A stretch of 61,411 nucleotides of DNA. Origin: an uncultured bacterium. Lineage in GTDB: Bacteria; Hinthialibacterota; Hinthialibacteria; Hinthialibacterales; Hinthialibacteraceae. Shown here piece after piece: positions 37,711-48,969 of this stretch (position 1 is the first letter of the stretch; each line of letters starts with the position of its first letter). The notes below the pieces were generated by a model. The model made no database searches. It saw nothing but the letters and a program-made list of their open reading frames with translations, and was not told where the DNA came from. The stretch covers positions 1 through 61,411 of the forward strand of contig CAZSIZ010000001.1 in the NCBI GenBank assembly GCA_964606645.1. Direction: 5' to 3'. The position numbers were made by a program, and so were the translations under genes.

Positions 37711-38847
37711 ATGAAAGTGTTTTATACCAAGTTCCTATCGTTCGTTATCGTGACTATCTTCTTTGCTGGATTTGCCTATGCAGAACCGAAAGTTAACGTG
37801 ATCGATCATGTCACCGTTTTTCGCGAAGAGGGACGGTTTGGCGGATGGCCGGCCAATCACGGGATATGGAAATGGGGCGATGAGATTCTGGTTGGTTTTA
37901 GCCGCGGCTATTACAAAGATTTAGGCGACCGGCATCACATCGACCGGGAACGTCCAGAGGAACATCTTTTCGCTCGCAGCAAGGATGGCGGCAGAACGTG
38001 GAGTATTGAAGATCCGTCGTCGGTCATCGTTCCAAGAGGAGAGGGGCTGCAAGGTATTAAGCCACCCCACCTGATACCCCCCGTTCCCGTTCCCAACACG
38101 AAACCGATTAACTTTACTCATCCCGATTTGGCCCTGACGTTTCGGATGCTCGATCACCACTCCGGACCGTCGTTATTCTACTATTCATACAACCGGGGAC
38201 ACTCCTGGAACGGCCCATTCGATCTCTTGGTCAAGGGTGTGAAAGGGATCGCCGCGAGAACCGATTATTGTGTAAATTCATCAAACGATTGTATGGCGTT
38301 TTTAACCTGCGCCAAGAATAACGGCCGTGAAGGACGCCCCTTTTGCGCCCGGACACAAGATGGAGGGATCACGTGGGATCACGTTGCTTGGATCGGTCCC
38401 GAACCGAAAGAATTCTCCATCATGCCCTCGTCCATCAGGCTTTCGGAAACATCGATCATCGTCGCGGTCAGACGGCGCGAGGGACCAAGGCGTTGGATCG
38501 AGGTCTATCGTTCGGACGACAACGGCTTGAATTGGCGGTTGTTCAGCACCCCGGCGGGTGACATCGGTATCGGAAATCCACCCAGCATGATTCAATTGAA
38601 AGACAACCGGATTTGCCTGACCTACGGCTATCGCGCCGAACCATATAGTATCCGAGCTCGATTAAGCAGCGACGACGGGAAAACCTGGACGAAACAATTC
38701 AGTCTGCGCGAGGATGGGGCCAGCCGGGATATCGGTTACCCCCGGACAGTGCAACTTCCAAATGGAACGATCTTGACCGTCTATTATTTCTGCGACCGCC
38801 GCTCTCCAGAGCGCTATATCGCCGCAACGCTATGGCGTGTGGATTGA
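37711..38847 (+). CDS. exported BNR/Asp-box repeat protein (sialidase-like beta-propeller)
   Basis: ATG 37711 with an AAGGAAA RBS. Signal MKVFYTKFLSFVIVTIFFAGFAYA. Asp-boxes SKDGGRTW, NRGHSW, TQDGGITW, SDDNGLNW and SDDGKTW. Confidence 0.85.
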   Translation: MKVFYTKFLSFVIVTIFFAGFAYAEPKVNVIDHVTVFREEGRFGGWPANHGIWKWGDEILVGFSRGYYKDLGDRHHIDRERPEEHLFARSKDGGRTWSIEDPSSVIVPRGEGLQGIKPPHLIPPVPVPNTKPINFTHPDLALTFRMLDHHSGPSLFYYSYNRGHSWNGPFDLLVKGVKGIAARTDYCVNSSNDCMAFLTCAKNNGREGRPFCARTQDGGITWDHVAWIGPEPKEFSIMPSSIRLSETSIIVAVRRREGPRRWIEVYRSDDNGLNWRLFSTPAGDIGIGNPPSMIQLKDNRICLTYGYRAEPYSIRARLSSDDGKTWTKQFSLREDGASRDIGYPRTVQLPNGTILTVYYFCDRRSPERYIAATLWRVD

Positions 38848-38902
38848 CCGCGCTTCCTCTCGAACATCGGCTAGTAGTCTATCATAATAAATATCACTAT
38901 AT

Positions 38903-38973
38903 TTCCCTCTCCCTCTGGGAGAATACATTGCGTCGCGTCGACAGGCGGACACGATGGCTTTTCAGGGTGAAGG
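38903..38973 (+). repeat. ~75-nt structured intergenic repeat, copy B
   Basis: TTCCCTCTCCCTCTGGGAGAATACATTGCGTCGCGTCGACAGGCGGACACGATGGCTTTTCAGGGTGAAGG aligns with copy A at 11945-12019 in the same orientation. Confidence 0.6.
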
Positions 38974-39023
38974 AATACTCTATAGTATATGGTTGAAGAA
39001 ACAATAAAGGAGCGTTCAGTGCC

Positions 39024-40517
39024 ATGAATCACAGACTATCGATCTTGTTCGGGTGGTTTTTAATCCCACTCATTCTCTTGATTACGGGCAGTTCCGCCGG
39101 TGCGGCTGACAGCGAAGCCGAGTGGAAAGAGCATATCCAACTCGTTCTCGACATCGCCGAACCGCTGAAATTCGACCGCGGCAAACGTCTGCCACTGTAT
39201 CTGTGGCCTGCCATGAATCCGGGAAAACTGAACGATGAACAAGCGGAAACACTCGTGCGCCTGCTTGACCGGCGGGGAGTCGGCCTGGTTGCTTCGTGGA
39301 ATCACGGCCGCATGAAGGAAAGCCTTGCCGAATGCCTCCCGGTGGCCCGCGCTCAAAAGCGGCTCGGCCTTCGCGTCAACGTGAATGCCAATTCTCTGAT
39401 CTACCGATTCTGTGACGGCTCCGAGAAAACCGCCCACATCGATTCGAAAGACGTGCCCTTTTTCGAGACCACTTTCGGCAATAAAAAAATGGGGTGTCCG
39501 TTTCGATTGGAACACCGGATCGCCCCGATCCAGAAACGATTCACTCAATTTGCGGAAGCGTACAAAAAAGAAGGCTTGCATCCCGGTTTCGTTTTTGCCG
39601 ATTGGGAAATCGACGGCCCTCTGGAATGGAACCGCGCGCACGAATCATCCAAACGCTGTAAGGTATGTCGGGAACATCTGCCCCAATTGGATAGCTTTCT
39701 CGTTTATCAGCACGAGCTGCGCCGTATTCGAAGCCGCTTGCAACGCCTGGCTTATGCCGAACCGCTTCTCGAACGTTTTCCCCAATCGTTGGTAGGCAAT
39801 TACGCGGTTTATCCCCATGACGGCTGGCGATATTGGTATGACTATTTCGAACGCTATGTCGAAGGGCCGCCCATACGGATCGACCAGAATGCCCGCTACC
39901 GGCACTGGTCCAACGATTTTGAGAACACGGGTTTTACGTTTGCCATGCCCGTCGTCTACCCCTGGTCGTGGACCTGGAATTGGTACGATTTCGATCCGGG
40001 CGATTACCGCTGGTTCTATAACGGGCTACTAGTAGCGAGTAATGCGGGACAGTACACGCCCCAGGATATCCCGATCATCTCTTTCGTGCATTGGCACACG
40101 GTCGATGTCGGTTTGAGTGAGGACAAAACCGCTCCGAAAAAAAGCCTGACTAAACCGGAGCAGATGAGTGAATGGTGTTACCGGGAACTGCTGTGGCACA
40201 TGCTGCTTAGAGGCACGGACACTTTTTTCCTATGGTGTGGAAAGAACGAACAACCCAAAGAAGTCGAATTGCTGCATCCAGTCTGGGCCGCCGCGCAGGA
40301 GTACGGTGAATTTCTCGAAAACGGTGTTCCCGTCATTTTCGATGTCCCCAATCAACCCGGCCCGGTGGTTTCCGGTTTGCGAATGGGGAATCAAGTCTTA
40401 ATCAGGCGCACCGATTTCACAGACAATCGTGAGCCGGTGAAAGTCCGTATCGCAGGGAAAACACTGACAATCCCAGCGCTCAAAAACCAGTGTCAAGTGC
40501 TGTCGCTTCAAGATTGA
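39024..40517 (+). CDS. exported hypothetical protein
   Basis: Signal MNHRLSILFGWFLIPLILLITGSSAGA/AD. 497 codons. No family recognised. Confidence 0.7.
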   Translation: MNHRLSILFGWFLIPLILLITGSSAGAADSEAEWKEHIQLVLDIAEPLKFDRGKRLPLYLWPAMNPGKLNDEQAETLVRLLDRRGVGLVASWNHGRMKESLAECLPVARAQKRLGLRVNVNANSLIYRFCDGSEKTAHIDSKDVPFFETTFGNKKMGCPFRLEHRIAPIQKRFTQFAEAYKKEGLHPGFVFADWEIDGPLEWNRAHESSKRCKVCREHLPQLDSFLVYQHELRRIRSRLQRLAYAEPLLERFPQSLVGNYAVYPHDGWRYWYDYFERYVEGPPIRIDQNARYRHWSNDFENTGFTFAMPVVYPWSWTWNWYDFDPGDYRWFYNGLLVASNAGQYTPQDIPIISFVHWHTVDVGLSEDKTAPKKSLTKPEQMSEWCYRELLWHMLLRGTDTFFLWCGKNEQPKEVELLHPVWAAAQEYGEFLENGVPVIFDVPNQPGPVVSGLRMGNQVLIRRTDFTDNREPVKVRIAGKTLTIPALKNQCQVLSLQD

Positions 40518-40558
40518 TAGGCAAATATCCCTTGAATCTAAGTAATGAGGAGAACCTG

Positions 40559-42745
40559 ATGAATATCAGAATTATTGTTGGAGCCGTTTTATTCGTCTTT
40601 ACTGTCAATGCTGCCATCGGAAAAACAAATTCAGATCAAGCTCCTTTGGGGAAACCTGGAACGGTTGCTGAATATCGTCTGAATTCCAATAATGCGATTC
40701 CTAAATCCAACGTCAAAACGTTTATCTTGAGTTTCGGCCCATTGGAAGAAAGAGAAGGCGTAATCAATCAATGGCTCCAACTGCATTCTCTGAAAGCCAA
40801 TGGAGACTGTTTCACGGCCTGGATTCTCACTCGAAATTTTCCTCCGACGAATATAAAAAAAGCACGTAAAGCAATCGCCCGCTACATTCTCAAGGAAGGC
40901 GATCGTGACGCATTGGAATTCCGACATCGATTCACCGGCGAGGCTGTACTTCCGATACTTGGAACCTGGCCGTATCTTTTCCCTCAGCCGAACGAGCGGA
41001 ACTCGCCGGAAAATTTATTTTCCCCAACGATGCGTTATCTTGGGAAACAATACCAGTTCGTTCGTTCAGACGTTTCAAAAGATATCCCGAATCCCCCGCA
41101 AGCCAATGTTCTCGAACTGCTTCCGGACGCCATGATCGGTGTGCCGCACAACACCCGTCTCAAAGATGACACCCGCCGGTACGACGACTCGGATTACGAA
41201 ACCATCCGCCTGACGAAAACCGATTACGACGAAATGATCGAAGCGGGAATGAATTGCTTTCGAGCCGATCCTGAACAAACCGGCTGGCTCGAAAACCGCA
41301 ACGTGTTCTATTGGGGCATCGGCGGAAAAGAGATTCGGTATCCCGAAATCCTTTACCGAAGCAATTATCTAGGGCCGATTCTCTTTCTGGACGAGCCGGC
41401 AGTCTGCACGAGAGACCACGTCATTCGTCCCCGCCTGCGAGAGGATCAGGAATTTCGAAAATCGATCACCCCGCAAATCTGTTTCGAGAAATTTCAAACG
41501 TATTTCGATGAAGCGAACAATCAAAAGAATCCAACCGTTTTGCTGCGTAATCTCGTGGCCCGTCCCGATGTGGATACCGGCGAAATGAATTTTCTTCAGC
41601 AAAACCTGTACACCTGGGAAACGATGGTCAGTACGGCGTTATATCAACTCGCCGATAAAAAGAACGGACCGCCTTCAGCCATCGTTTTCGAACCCCCCGG
41701 ACGGGTCGGCACTCGCAGAACCTTGCCGGAAATGAACATGGTTTATCGATGTCAGATTCCCGTCGACCGCCCCAACCATCTGACCGGAATCATTTATGGA
41801 TTCCTGCGCGGCGCGGCGAGGTCAACCGATAAGACATGGGGAACAAGTATCTACGGATCGGTCGACCGCAGCGATGCGTTTTGGTTTTTCACCCACGCCT
41901 ATGACCTCGGCGCACAATTTTTCTTCTGCTGGGATACCCATCGTCTGGCCTGCGTTCCTCACAACGAGTGCCTGGCTTTAGCGAGGGGCCTTCGAAACCA
42001 CATCGAGAATCGACCCTATCGGGATTTACATAAACTAAAACGTGCCGCCGAAACCGCTATCCTTTTGCCCGCCGGGTACAACCTCGGTCACGTCCATCTG
42101 GGTAAGGGAAACCTCTGGGGAATCGGTGAGTTGAACCTGGAGCGGATCAATCGAAAAGGAATAAAGTACCGCACGGTAATGGGGAATTTCTTCACGGAAA
42201 TCGAGCGCTGCCTCCGGCTGGGAACCGCGTTCGATCTGTTCTGGGATCTCGAAACTTTTCAGGCATCCGGCTACCGGGAAATCGTGCGCGTCCGTGAAGA
42301 CGGGAAGGTGGAAGTGGAAACGAAAGGTCAACGCGTTCTTCACGACGGCCCAAGGATTCCTTCCCGCCCAGAAGGCGATCCACCCCAAATCACGATCGAT
42401 CTCACTACTGCCACCAGCAAGGGTTCTGTGGAAATCACCGCCCTCGCCCGCCTGACCGAAGGATCGTCTCCGGTTTACTACACGTCCGGAACCAATACGA
42501 AAGGGATTTACGTCAATTCGAAAATCTTTTGGGAACTGTACGGGCCTGAAGAGGAAGACTATCGCACCCTCTCTCATGAATTTCGCCCGGTTAATATCCA
42601 GAACGATTCCAGCCAAACGACGGTCGAGATGACATTCAAAATCGAGCGCCCCGGAAAATACCGCCTGCGCGCCGCGGCGTGTGACCAAGCCGGACGCACA
42701 ACGGTTGAATGGAAAAATATCTCCATCGAGCCTCCGACAAAATAA
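40559..42745 (+). CDS. exported hypothetical protein
   Basis: ORF 40490..42745 trimmed to ATG 40559 (GAGGAG RBS). Signal MNIRIIVGAVLFVFTVNAAIG. No family recognised. Confidence 0.7.
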   Translation: MNIRIIVGAVLFVFTVNAAIGKTNSDQAPLGKPGTVAEYRLNSNNAIPKSNVKTFILSFGPLEEREGVINQWLQLHSLKANGDCFTAWILTRNFPPTNIKKARKAIARYILKEGDRDALEFRHRFTGEAVLPILGTWPYLFPQPNERNSPENLFSPTMRYLGKQYQFVRSDVSKDIPNPPQANVLELLPDAMIGVPHNTRLKDDTRRYDDSDYETIRLTKTDYDEMIEAGMNCFRADPEQTGWLENRNVFYWGIGGKEIRYPEILYRSNYLGPILFLDEPAVCTRDHVIRPRLREDQEFRKSITPQICFEKFQTYFDEANNQKNPTVLLRNLVARPDVDTGEMNFLQQNLYTWETMVSTALYQLADKKNGPPSAIVFEPPGRVGTRRTLPEMNMVYRCQIPVDRPNHLTGIIYGFLRGAARSTDKTWGTSIYGSVDRSDAFWFFTHAYDLGAQFFFCWDTHRLACVPHNECLALARGLRNHIENRPYRDLHKLKRAAETAILLPAGYNLGHVHLGKGNLWGIGELNLERINRKGIKYRTVMGNFFTEIERCLRLGTAFDLFWDLETFQASGYREIVRVREDGKVEVETKGQRVLHDGPRIPSRPEGDPPQITIDLTTATSKGSVEITALARLTEGSSPVYYTSGTNTKGIYVNSKIFWELYGPEEEDYRTLSHEFRPVNIQNDSSQTTVEMTFKIERPGKYRLRAAACDQAGRTTVEWKNISIEPPTK

Positions 42746-42803
42746 ACAATCCATCAATCCCCCATTACCTAACCAGGAAGAGCCTGATTACTGAAAACTT
42801 GAC

Positions 42804-43688
42804 TCATTCCAGTTCGATCGTATGGACGACGATGTGTTCTCCTTTTTTCGGTGCTTTGACTGCCCATTGACCGTTAGGTTGGAGTACACCGGTCGGGGCG
42901 GAACAGGGGATATCCATTGGGTGACAGTTGTCCGCGCTCACGACCCACACCTTTCCGGAGGAGGCGCGTATTCTCATGTTGGTTTCGTGGAAAGGCCAGT
43001 AGACTTGTTCCGACCAGTCGCCGCCGTCACGGCCTCCATTGATGGCGTGAAAGATAATCCTCGCCCCCTTTGCCGACAACTGCTGGCTGAGATGCGTTTC
43101 CGGCATAGGCGTGCAGCCGGGATTGCCCCACATATCGTTGCAGATCAGCCCGCCGATAGTGATGCCGTTCAGGGTATATGTCTTTAGAGGGCTGACGGCG
43201 TAATGCTCGATCTCACCTTTGGGGGGATCGGTCATACTTCCGCATAGAAGCGTTTTGCTGTGATAACCGAGAAACTTTCCTTTGGCGTTGTAGAATCGAA
43301 TTTGGTTGTAGCAACGGTTGTCTTCAGGCTCGACGAAACACGTTCCCAGAGCGAGCGCCAGTCCATGTTGGCTTGCTTTTTCAACGATCTGTTTTAATCC
43401 TTTGAGGGCTTGCTCGCGATCGAAATCGGGCGTGTATCCGCTTAACGATCCTTCCGGCGTTAAGAGCACGTCGGCTTTTTCGGCGACGGCTTGGTCGATG
43501 GCCCTGGAAATCGTTTCGACGTTCGCCGCGATATCGCGCGTAACAGGGATTTGTGCGGTGGCGACCCTGAGCGTTTTGGCCTGTCCGTTTCGTTCGCCTG
43601 CTTGCGATCTATCGACTTCGTTCATCATGGCTGCGAACAGCGTGAACACGATGAAGCCGATTAGCATTTTCCGTATCGGTCGTATCAT
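42804..43688 (-). CDS. carbon-nitrogen hydrolase (nitrilase superfamily) with N-terminal signal/anchor
   Basis: Candidate Glu-Lys-Cys triad: LLTPEGSLSGY, HSKTLL and GGLICNDMW. Hydrophobic N-terminus MLIGFIVFTLFAAMM. Confidence 0.8.
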   Translation of the reverse strand: MIRPIRKMLIGFIVFTLFAAMMNEVDRSQAGERNGQAKTLRVATAQIPVTRDIAANVETISRAIDQAVAEKADVLLTPEGSLSGYTPDFDREQALKGLKQIVEKASQHGLALALGTCFVEPEDNRCYNQIRFYNAKGKFLGYHSKTLLCGSMTDPPKGEIEHYAVSPLKTYTLNGITIGGLICNDMWGNPGCTPMPETHLSQQLSAKGARIIFHAINGGRDGGDWSEQVYWPFHETNMRIRASSGKVWVVSADNCHPMDIPCSAPTGVLQPNGQWAVKAPKKGEHIVVHTIELE

Positions 43689-43931
43689 GGTTGTTTTCCT
43701 TTTGACGATAAAAAGTGGTGATGCTGAATATCCTTTACAGGCTATTATTCATTAGGTCTGAGCAGAATGGTAGGGTGAGTAAGCCACCAGTTCGATCCAC
43801 TCAATTTAGCGGAGAACCTTTTTGATTACTGCATGGACGACGTTTTCAACGACACTTGACAGACCTTTCCAAACTTGACTATATACCCTTATATAATTTG
43901 TTTTGCTAATACGACAACTCGTGTGAGATTT

Positions 43932-46001
43932 ATGAATTCCCTGCAAAATCATTTGCCCGTCTCGGGATTATTCGTTCTATTGTGTTCCCTGTTCATCTCT
44001 TCGTTCACACACGCGCATGACGATCCGGATTCACCTATGCCGTCGGTCAAGGCGCTGAAAGTCGACCAAGCCATTACGGTCGATGGAGTGCTGGACGAAC
44101 CGTTTTGGCAGGATTGCGATATTGCAACCGATTTCACCGACACTTACACCCGTGAAATTTCCAAGCAGAAAACGGTCGTTCGTATCGCGTATACAAACTC
44201 GCACCTCTACATCGCCGTGGAATGCTTCGACGAGAAGATGGATGAGATCCATGCGTCCGAGCGGCGGGAAGACCGCTTTTTTAAGGGCGACGATCATGTT
44301 GAAATCAATTTCGATACCACGCACAACCATCGCTCGAAATACATATTCTATTGCAATCCATTGGGCACGAAATGCGACGGCATCGAGGGGCCATCCGGTC
44401 AATTCAATATCGGCTGGACGGCGGAATGGGATTTGGCCGCTCGAATTCTGGACGACCGCTGGACGTTCGAGATGAACATTCCGCTCACCGTCATGAACTT
44501 TTTCAAAAGGGACGGGCAAACCTGGGGGCTGAATTTCAGACGGCAAATCGTACGTAATGACGCCCATAGTTATTGGAGTTACCATACGACGAAGTCATAC
44601 CGGCCTCGCTATTTCGGACATTTGACCGGATTGGATCTATCCGACAGTGTTTTCAATCGCAATTTTGAAATTTCACCGTACATCAGTTCGCGAACGGATT
44701 TCAACAGCGAGACGGAAACCTTCAATCGGATAGGTGTCGACGCCAGCGTGCGTCTGACGCCGTCGATTACATCGTCGTGGACATTGTTTCCGGATTTCGG
44801 CCAGGTGGAAGCGGACGACGATACCATTGCACTCCGGGATACGGAACGGTTTTTAACGGAGAAACGCCGGTTCTTCCGCGAAGGCAACGATCTGATGGGT
44901 ATGCGGAAGCGGCTTTATTACAGCCGTCGGTTTACGGATATCGATACTGGCGCCAACATCAGCGGCGAATGGGATGACTTTAAGTTCTCTTTCTTGAATA
45001 TTCATGGTGACACCACACACGGTGGGACGCGTTATGGGAATTCATCGATGTTTCGCACGATACAAAATATCGGCGAACGTTCCACGCTGGGGTACTATCT
45101 TTCCACGGGCGAGTATAACGACGGGCATTCACGCGTCGCCAGCATGGATGGTAACTTTTTTCTCAACGACGACTGGCAGTACCGTTTTCAAACCTCCGTC
45201 GCCGACGACCGTTGGGAAGACGGATCCGGCGGTTTGATCAAAGACCGCTTCGATTATTTAGGTTATACATCGCTCTACTATAATAAGTATCCCTGGGATT
45301 TCAGTCTGGGGTACGACGCGATCACGGAAGGATTCGATCCGATGCTGGGTTACATTCCCCGCCGCGATGTTTTCGGTCCGTATTTTCAACTCGAATACCA
45401 CCTGCGATCCGACGAACGTTGGTATAAAGACTTTCACGTTGAATTGGGATCGCAGTTGTACGAAAACGAAGAAGATGAAACTGTTTTACGCGATTACAAC
45501 TTTTTAATCTATGCGGTTTATCCCAACGATATTGCCACTTATCTTGCGCAAGCGTTCGATTACCACGCGCCTTATGATAACACTCGTACCACCACGGGAT
45601 TCATACTGAACGATTCGGATACTTGGAAACGATTGAATTTTAGGTGGACGACTGGCGAATTCGCAGAAGTGCCTTATGACGAGCTCTCTCTGGGGAAAAA
45701 TATCAAGCCGTTCGAACGGCTGCCGATCCGCTATGAATTCGTGATCCGTTTTGAAGAGAAGCCGAGTGGTGGTGAAGAGACGATATGGTTGAACCGAATT
45801 ATCTTCGATTATTATTTTACGGATGATATGTGGATCAAAACATCACTCCAGCATCGAAGCAGCAGCAACCATAACGTCAGCGTGATTTATGGATGGGAAT
45901 TTATTGAAAACACTCATTGGTACTTGGTTTTCAACAGCGTTAACGATTATTTCGATGATACGGTCAATAGCGTATTCACTAAACTTACTTTTACTTTTTG
46001 A
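43932..46001 (+). CDS. CBM9-like / DUF5916-like outer-membrane-type protein
   Basis: ATG 43932. Signal ...LFVLLCSLFISSFTHA/HDD. N-terminal KVDQAITVDGVLDEPFWQD is typical of the CBM9/DOMON-like domain. The beta-rich C-terminus ends in FTKLTFTF. Confidence 0.65.
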   Translation: MNSLQNHLPVSGLFVLLCSLFISSFTHAHDDPDSPMPSVKALKVDQAITVDGVLDEPFWQDCDIATDFTDTYTREISKQKTVVRIAYTNSHLYIAVECFDEKMDEIHASERREDRFFKGDDHVEINFDTTHNHRSKYIFYCNPLGTKCDGIEGPSGQFNIGWTAEWDLAARILDDRWTFEMNIPLTVMNFFKRDGQTWGLNFRRQIVRNDAHSYWSYHTTKSYRPRYFGHLTGLDLSDSVFNRNFEISPYISSRTDFNSETETFNRIGVDASVRLTPSITSSWTLFPDFGQVEADDDTIALRDTERFLTEKRRFFREGNDLMGMRKRLYYSRRFTDIDTGANISGEWDDFKFSFLNIHGDTTHGGTRYGNSSMFRTIQNIGERSTLGYYLSTGEYNDGHSRVASMDGNFFLNDDWQYRFQTSVADDRWEDGSGGLIKDRFDYLGYTSLYYNKYPWDFSLGYDAITEGFDPMLGYIPRRDVFGPYFQLEYHLRSDERWYKDFHVELGSQLYENEEDETVLRDYNFLIYAVYPNDIATYLAQAFDYHAPYDNTRTTTGFILNDSDTWKRLNFRWTTGEFAEVPYDELSLGKNIKPFERLPIRYEFVIRFEEKPSGGEETIWLNRIIFDYYFTDDMWIKTSLQHRSSSNHNVSVIYGWEFIENTHWYLVFNSVNDYFDDTVNSVFTKLTFTF

Positions 46002-47493
46002 CGCTGTGGCCTTCGTCGATGAATTTTTGTAATAAGGCTTCCAAGCGTTTTACGTGGATGGGGAATTGGGTAGAGACATCGTTTCGTTCGGAGGGATCAC
46101 TTTTCATATCGAAAAGGCAGAATGGTTTCTGGCCTGGTTTGCCTTTCGGTTTTTCTCTACCTCCCGAACCGGAACTGAGGACTAATTTCCAATTTCCCTC
46201 ACGAACGGCGAACGTACCATTGGCTGAATGATGAACGACGGCGGGGCGGCGGGGGGCATTCGTTTCACCCAGAAGCGACGGAACAAGTGTAAAACTGTCT
46301 TCCCCGGCATTCTCTGGCAAGGATTCTCCGACAACCGACGCGCAGGTCGCCATGAAATCTGTCAGGCAGATCGTTCGATCGCATGTCGTTCCCGGCTGAG
46401 TTTTTCCCGGCCAACGGGCGATGAACGGGATGCGGTGTCCGCCTTCCCAGATATCGGCCTTCGTTCCCCGGAAGATATGGGCGGATCGGTGAGACGATGG
46501 ACGGAAGCCTTGAACCGCCGGATCGGTGACGTGACCGGTTGCGTCTTCTTCGAGTTTGTTCATGAACGAACCGTTGTCGCTGGTGACGATCAATAACGTG
46601 TTATCGGCGGCCCCGGATTTCTCCAACGTCTCCATTACCTGGCCGACCGTCCAATCAACTTGATGAACGAAGTCACCATAGGGACCGAGTTCCGTCGTGT
46701 CTTCGAAACGTTTGGCCGGCATCACCGGCTTGTGAGGAGCCGTCATCGGGAAATAGAGAAAGAACGGGGCGTCTTTTTTCGCATTCTGTGAAATATAATC
46801 TTTGGCCTTGCCGAGCAGGGCATCCAGCGTTTCGACATGCTTAAAATTCGTTCCCATCGCGCCATCGCGGAGGTATATCGGGAAACTGAGTTTCTTTTGC
46901 CGACGGTCGAGCGGTTCGGTGAAGCGGTTGTTTTCGACATAGCCGTAGGGCGGAAAATCGAGCGAGGCACTGACGCCGAAGAAATAATCGAATCCATACA
47001 CGTTGGGGCCGTTCTCGATCGGCTTGGTTACGTCGATTGTTTTCTTGTCCGAGTTGAGCCAGGGAAAATCCATGCCTAAATGCCATTTGCCGATACAGGC
47101 GGTGTGATAGCCATTCTTCTTCAAGAGCGAGGCTACCGTCATGCGGGCCGGATCGATCAGATGGGAGGAGTAGCCGTTCAAAACGCCACGCTTCATGCGC
47201 GTGCGCCAGGCATAGCGGCCTGTTAAGACGCCGTATCGAGTCGGGGTGCAGACTGCCGAACCGGAATGGGCGTCGGTGAAAACGATTCCCTCACCCGCCA
47301 GCCGGTCGAGATTGGGAGTAGGAATCCGGGATTTTCGATTGAAGGAATGCACGTCTCCATAGCCCAGATCGTCGGCCAGAATAAACACGATATTCGGTTT
47401 GTCATCCGCGCCTTCACTTGCTTGCATAAACCGGAGCTGCGCGAACGACGCCGATGCGATTGTTGCGGATTTTAGAAATTCCCGACGTTTCAT
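45991..47493 (-). CDS. arylsulfatase-family sulfatase with Tat-type signal
   Basis: ATG 47493 with an AAGGAG RBS; the ORF-track start at 47523 is a TTG. MKRREFLKSATIASASFA. Formylglycine motif CTPTRYGVLTGR. Confidence 0.9.
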   Translation of the reverse strand: MKRREFLKSATIASASFAQLRFMQASEGADDKPNIVFILADDLGYGDVHSFNRKSRIPTPNLDRLAGEGIVFTDAHSGSAVCTPTRYGVLTGRYAWRTRMKRGVLNGYSSHLIDPARMTVASLLKKNGYHTACIGKWHLGMDFPWLNSDKKTIDVTKPIENGPNVYGFDYFFGVSASLDFPPYGYVENNRFTEPLDRRQKKLSFPIYLRDGAMGTNFKHVETLDALLGKAKDYISQNAKKDAPFFLYFPMTAPHKPVMPAKRFEDTTELGPYGDFVHQVDWTVGQVMETLEKSGAADNTLLIVTSDNGSFMNKLEEDATGHVTDPAVQGFRPSSHRSAHIFRGTKADIWEGGHRIPFIARWPGKTQPGTTCDRTICLTDFMATCASVVGESLPENAGEDSFTLVPSLLGETNAPRRPAVVHHSANGTFAVREGNWKLVLSSGSGGREKPKGKPGQKPFCLFDMKSDPSERNDVSTQFPIHVKRLEALLQKFIDEGHSVKK

Positions 47494-47559
47494 GAGTGAT
47501 TTGCTCCTTCTATTTATAGTCAAATACCGATGATGTACTTTTATTCACTCGATTTCAAT

Positions 47560-48969
47560 TTATCCGATGTGGTTGTAGACATCCCAGAAGAGGTATTTTC
47601 CGAAGGCTTCCTCCAGGACGGGGGCGGTTCGGGAGGCATTGATCGCGACGTGATGCTCGAAACCGTTCTCACAAACGTAGTGCATCAGGGCTTGGAGTTC
47701 CGGGATTTCGAGAACGGCTCGCGAGCCGAAGGTGTCGAGGGGATCGTCGGTGAATTTCCCTTCCCCGACGTAGGCTCGGATCATACCGAAAGTGTCGTCG
47801 GTGCTGATTCGGGCATAGGTCATCGCACCCGCCGGGGTTCGTCCGTGAAGCGCACCGTAGGTGCATTCCTTCCCCAGAATATTGGCGAGGATATCGGCGG
47901 GAACGATCTTCGCGTCAGGCAGAAAAGACTTGGCCCAATTGCCGCAATGGAAGAGAACGCATTTGTCGGGATCGCCGCCATAGTTGTTGTTCCAGTCGAC
48001 TAGGGCGCTGGGGGTTCCGGAAGCGAGTTGCAACGCATACATCGCGGCCACGCCGGTGATATCCACCTCGCAGGCGCTCGGCATCAATTTCTCGCTCATC
48101 AGGCTCATCACCGTGCAGGCATTGACTCCATAGTTCATTTGAAGCGAGGTCCAGCATTGAATCGCGGTTGCGTTCAAGTCGTTTTCGTCCATCCAACCCT
48201 GGAGCGCAACGGCGAACTTCGCCATCAGCACCATCGAAGCCTGGGGCACATCGCCCGCGTCGGCGTAGGCGTTGATCTCGTCGAGTTTGGCCTTTACGTT
48301 CGCGTCATCATTTGTCAACTTATTGGCCGTTCCGATGATTTCGGAGAGGTCGGCGGTGGCGACGGTAATGCCCGATTCCTGGAGGATTTTTTCGCTGTAC
48401 CGCACAGTGTTGAAGGCGTTGGGACGAGCGCCGACGGCTCCCAGCCTGGCAGATTTCATTCCTTTCACGACATTGCAGACTCGAACGAAACGGTCTAAAT
48501 CGGCCTTAAAACTGTCTGAAGCAGGATGAACGGTGTGAAGGGTTGTCAGCGAAAAGGGAAAACCGTACTGGCGCAGGTTGCTGCAGACGGAGATTTTTCC
48601 GCAGAAAGCGTCGCGGCGGCGTTCGAGATTGAGTTCGCCAGGATCGTCGGGATAGGCTTGCACGAGAATCGGGACGTTCAAACCGGAGAGTTTCAAGGTA
48701 TCGGCGACGCCTTTTTCATCACCGAAATTAGGGAGAGTGATTAAAACACCATCGATTTTATTGCGATGGTTCGCAAACAATTCGGCACAGCGTTTGGCGT
48801 GCGCCCACGTTTCCACCGCGCCCAGTTTCGTATCGTTTTCTCCGACGATCACCGGTTCGATATCCATTTCATCAAAGAGGTTCAAGATATCCCGGCGTCC
48901 CTCACCAATCAGGCGGTCGGGAAAGAAATCACGGTTACCGACGATGACGGCTATCGTTGCTTTCGGCAT
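47560..48969 (-). CDS. L-fucose/L-arabinose isomerase family protein (cytoplasmic)
   Basis: N-terminus [18 protein letters not shown] and overall layout are typical of the FucI-like family. No signal peptide. Confidence 0.75.
   Translation of the reverse strand: MPKATIAVIVGNRDFFPDRLIGEGRRDILNLFDEMDIEPVIVGENDTKLGAVETWAHAKRCAELFANHRNKIDGVLITLPNFGDEKGVADTLKLSGLNVPILVQAYPDDPGELNLERRRDAFCGKISVCSNLRQYGFPFSLTTLHTVHPASDSFKADLDRFVRVCNVVKGMKSARLGAVGARPNAFNTVRYSEKILQESGITVATADLSEIIGTANKLTNDDANVKAKLDEINAYADAGDVPQASMVLMAKFAVALQGWMDENDLNATAIQCWTSLQMNYGVNACTVMSLMSEKLMPSACEVDITGVAAMYALQLASGTPSALVDWNNNYGGDPDKCVLFHCGNWAKSFLPDAKIVPADILANILGKECTYGALHGRTPAGAMTYARISTDDTFGMIRAYVGEGKFTDDPLDTFGSRAVLEIPELQALMHYVCENGFEHHVAINASRTAPVLEEAFGKYLFWDVYNHIG

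Noticed and set aside
45991-46001. 11-nt convergent overlap between the DUF5916-like gene and the sulfatase gene
   Set aside because: Short convergent 3' overlaps are common in compact genomes. I saw no hairpin or other structure. It only implies that the two genes share a terminator-free junction.
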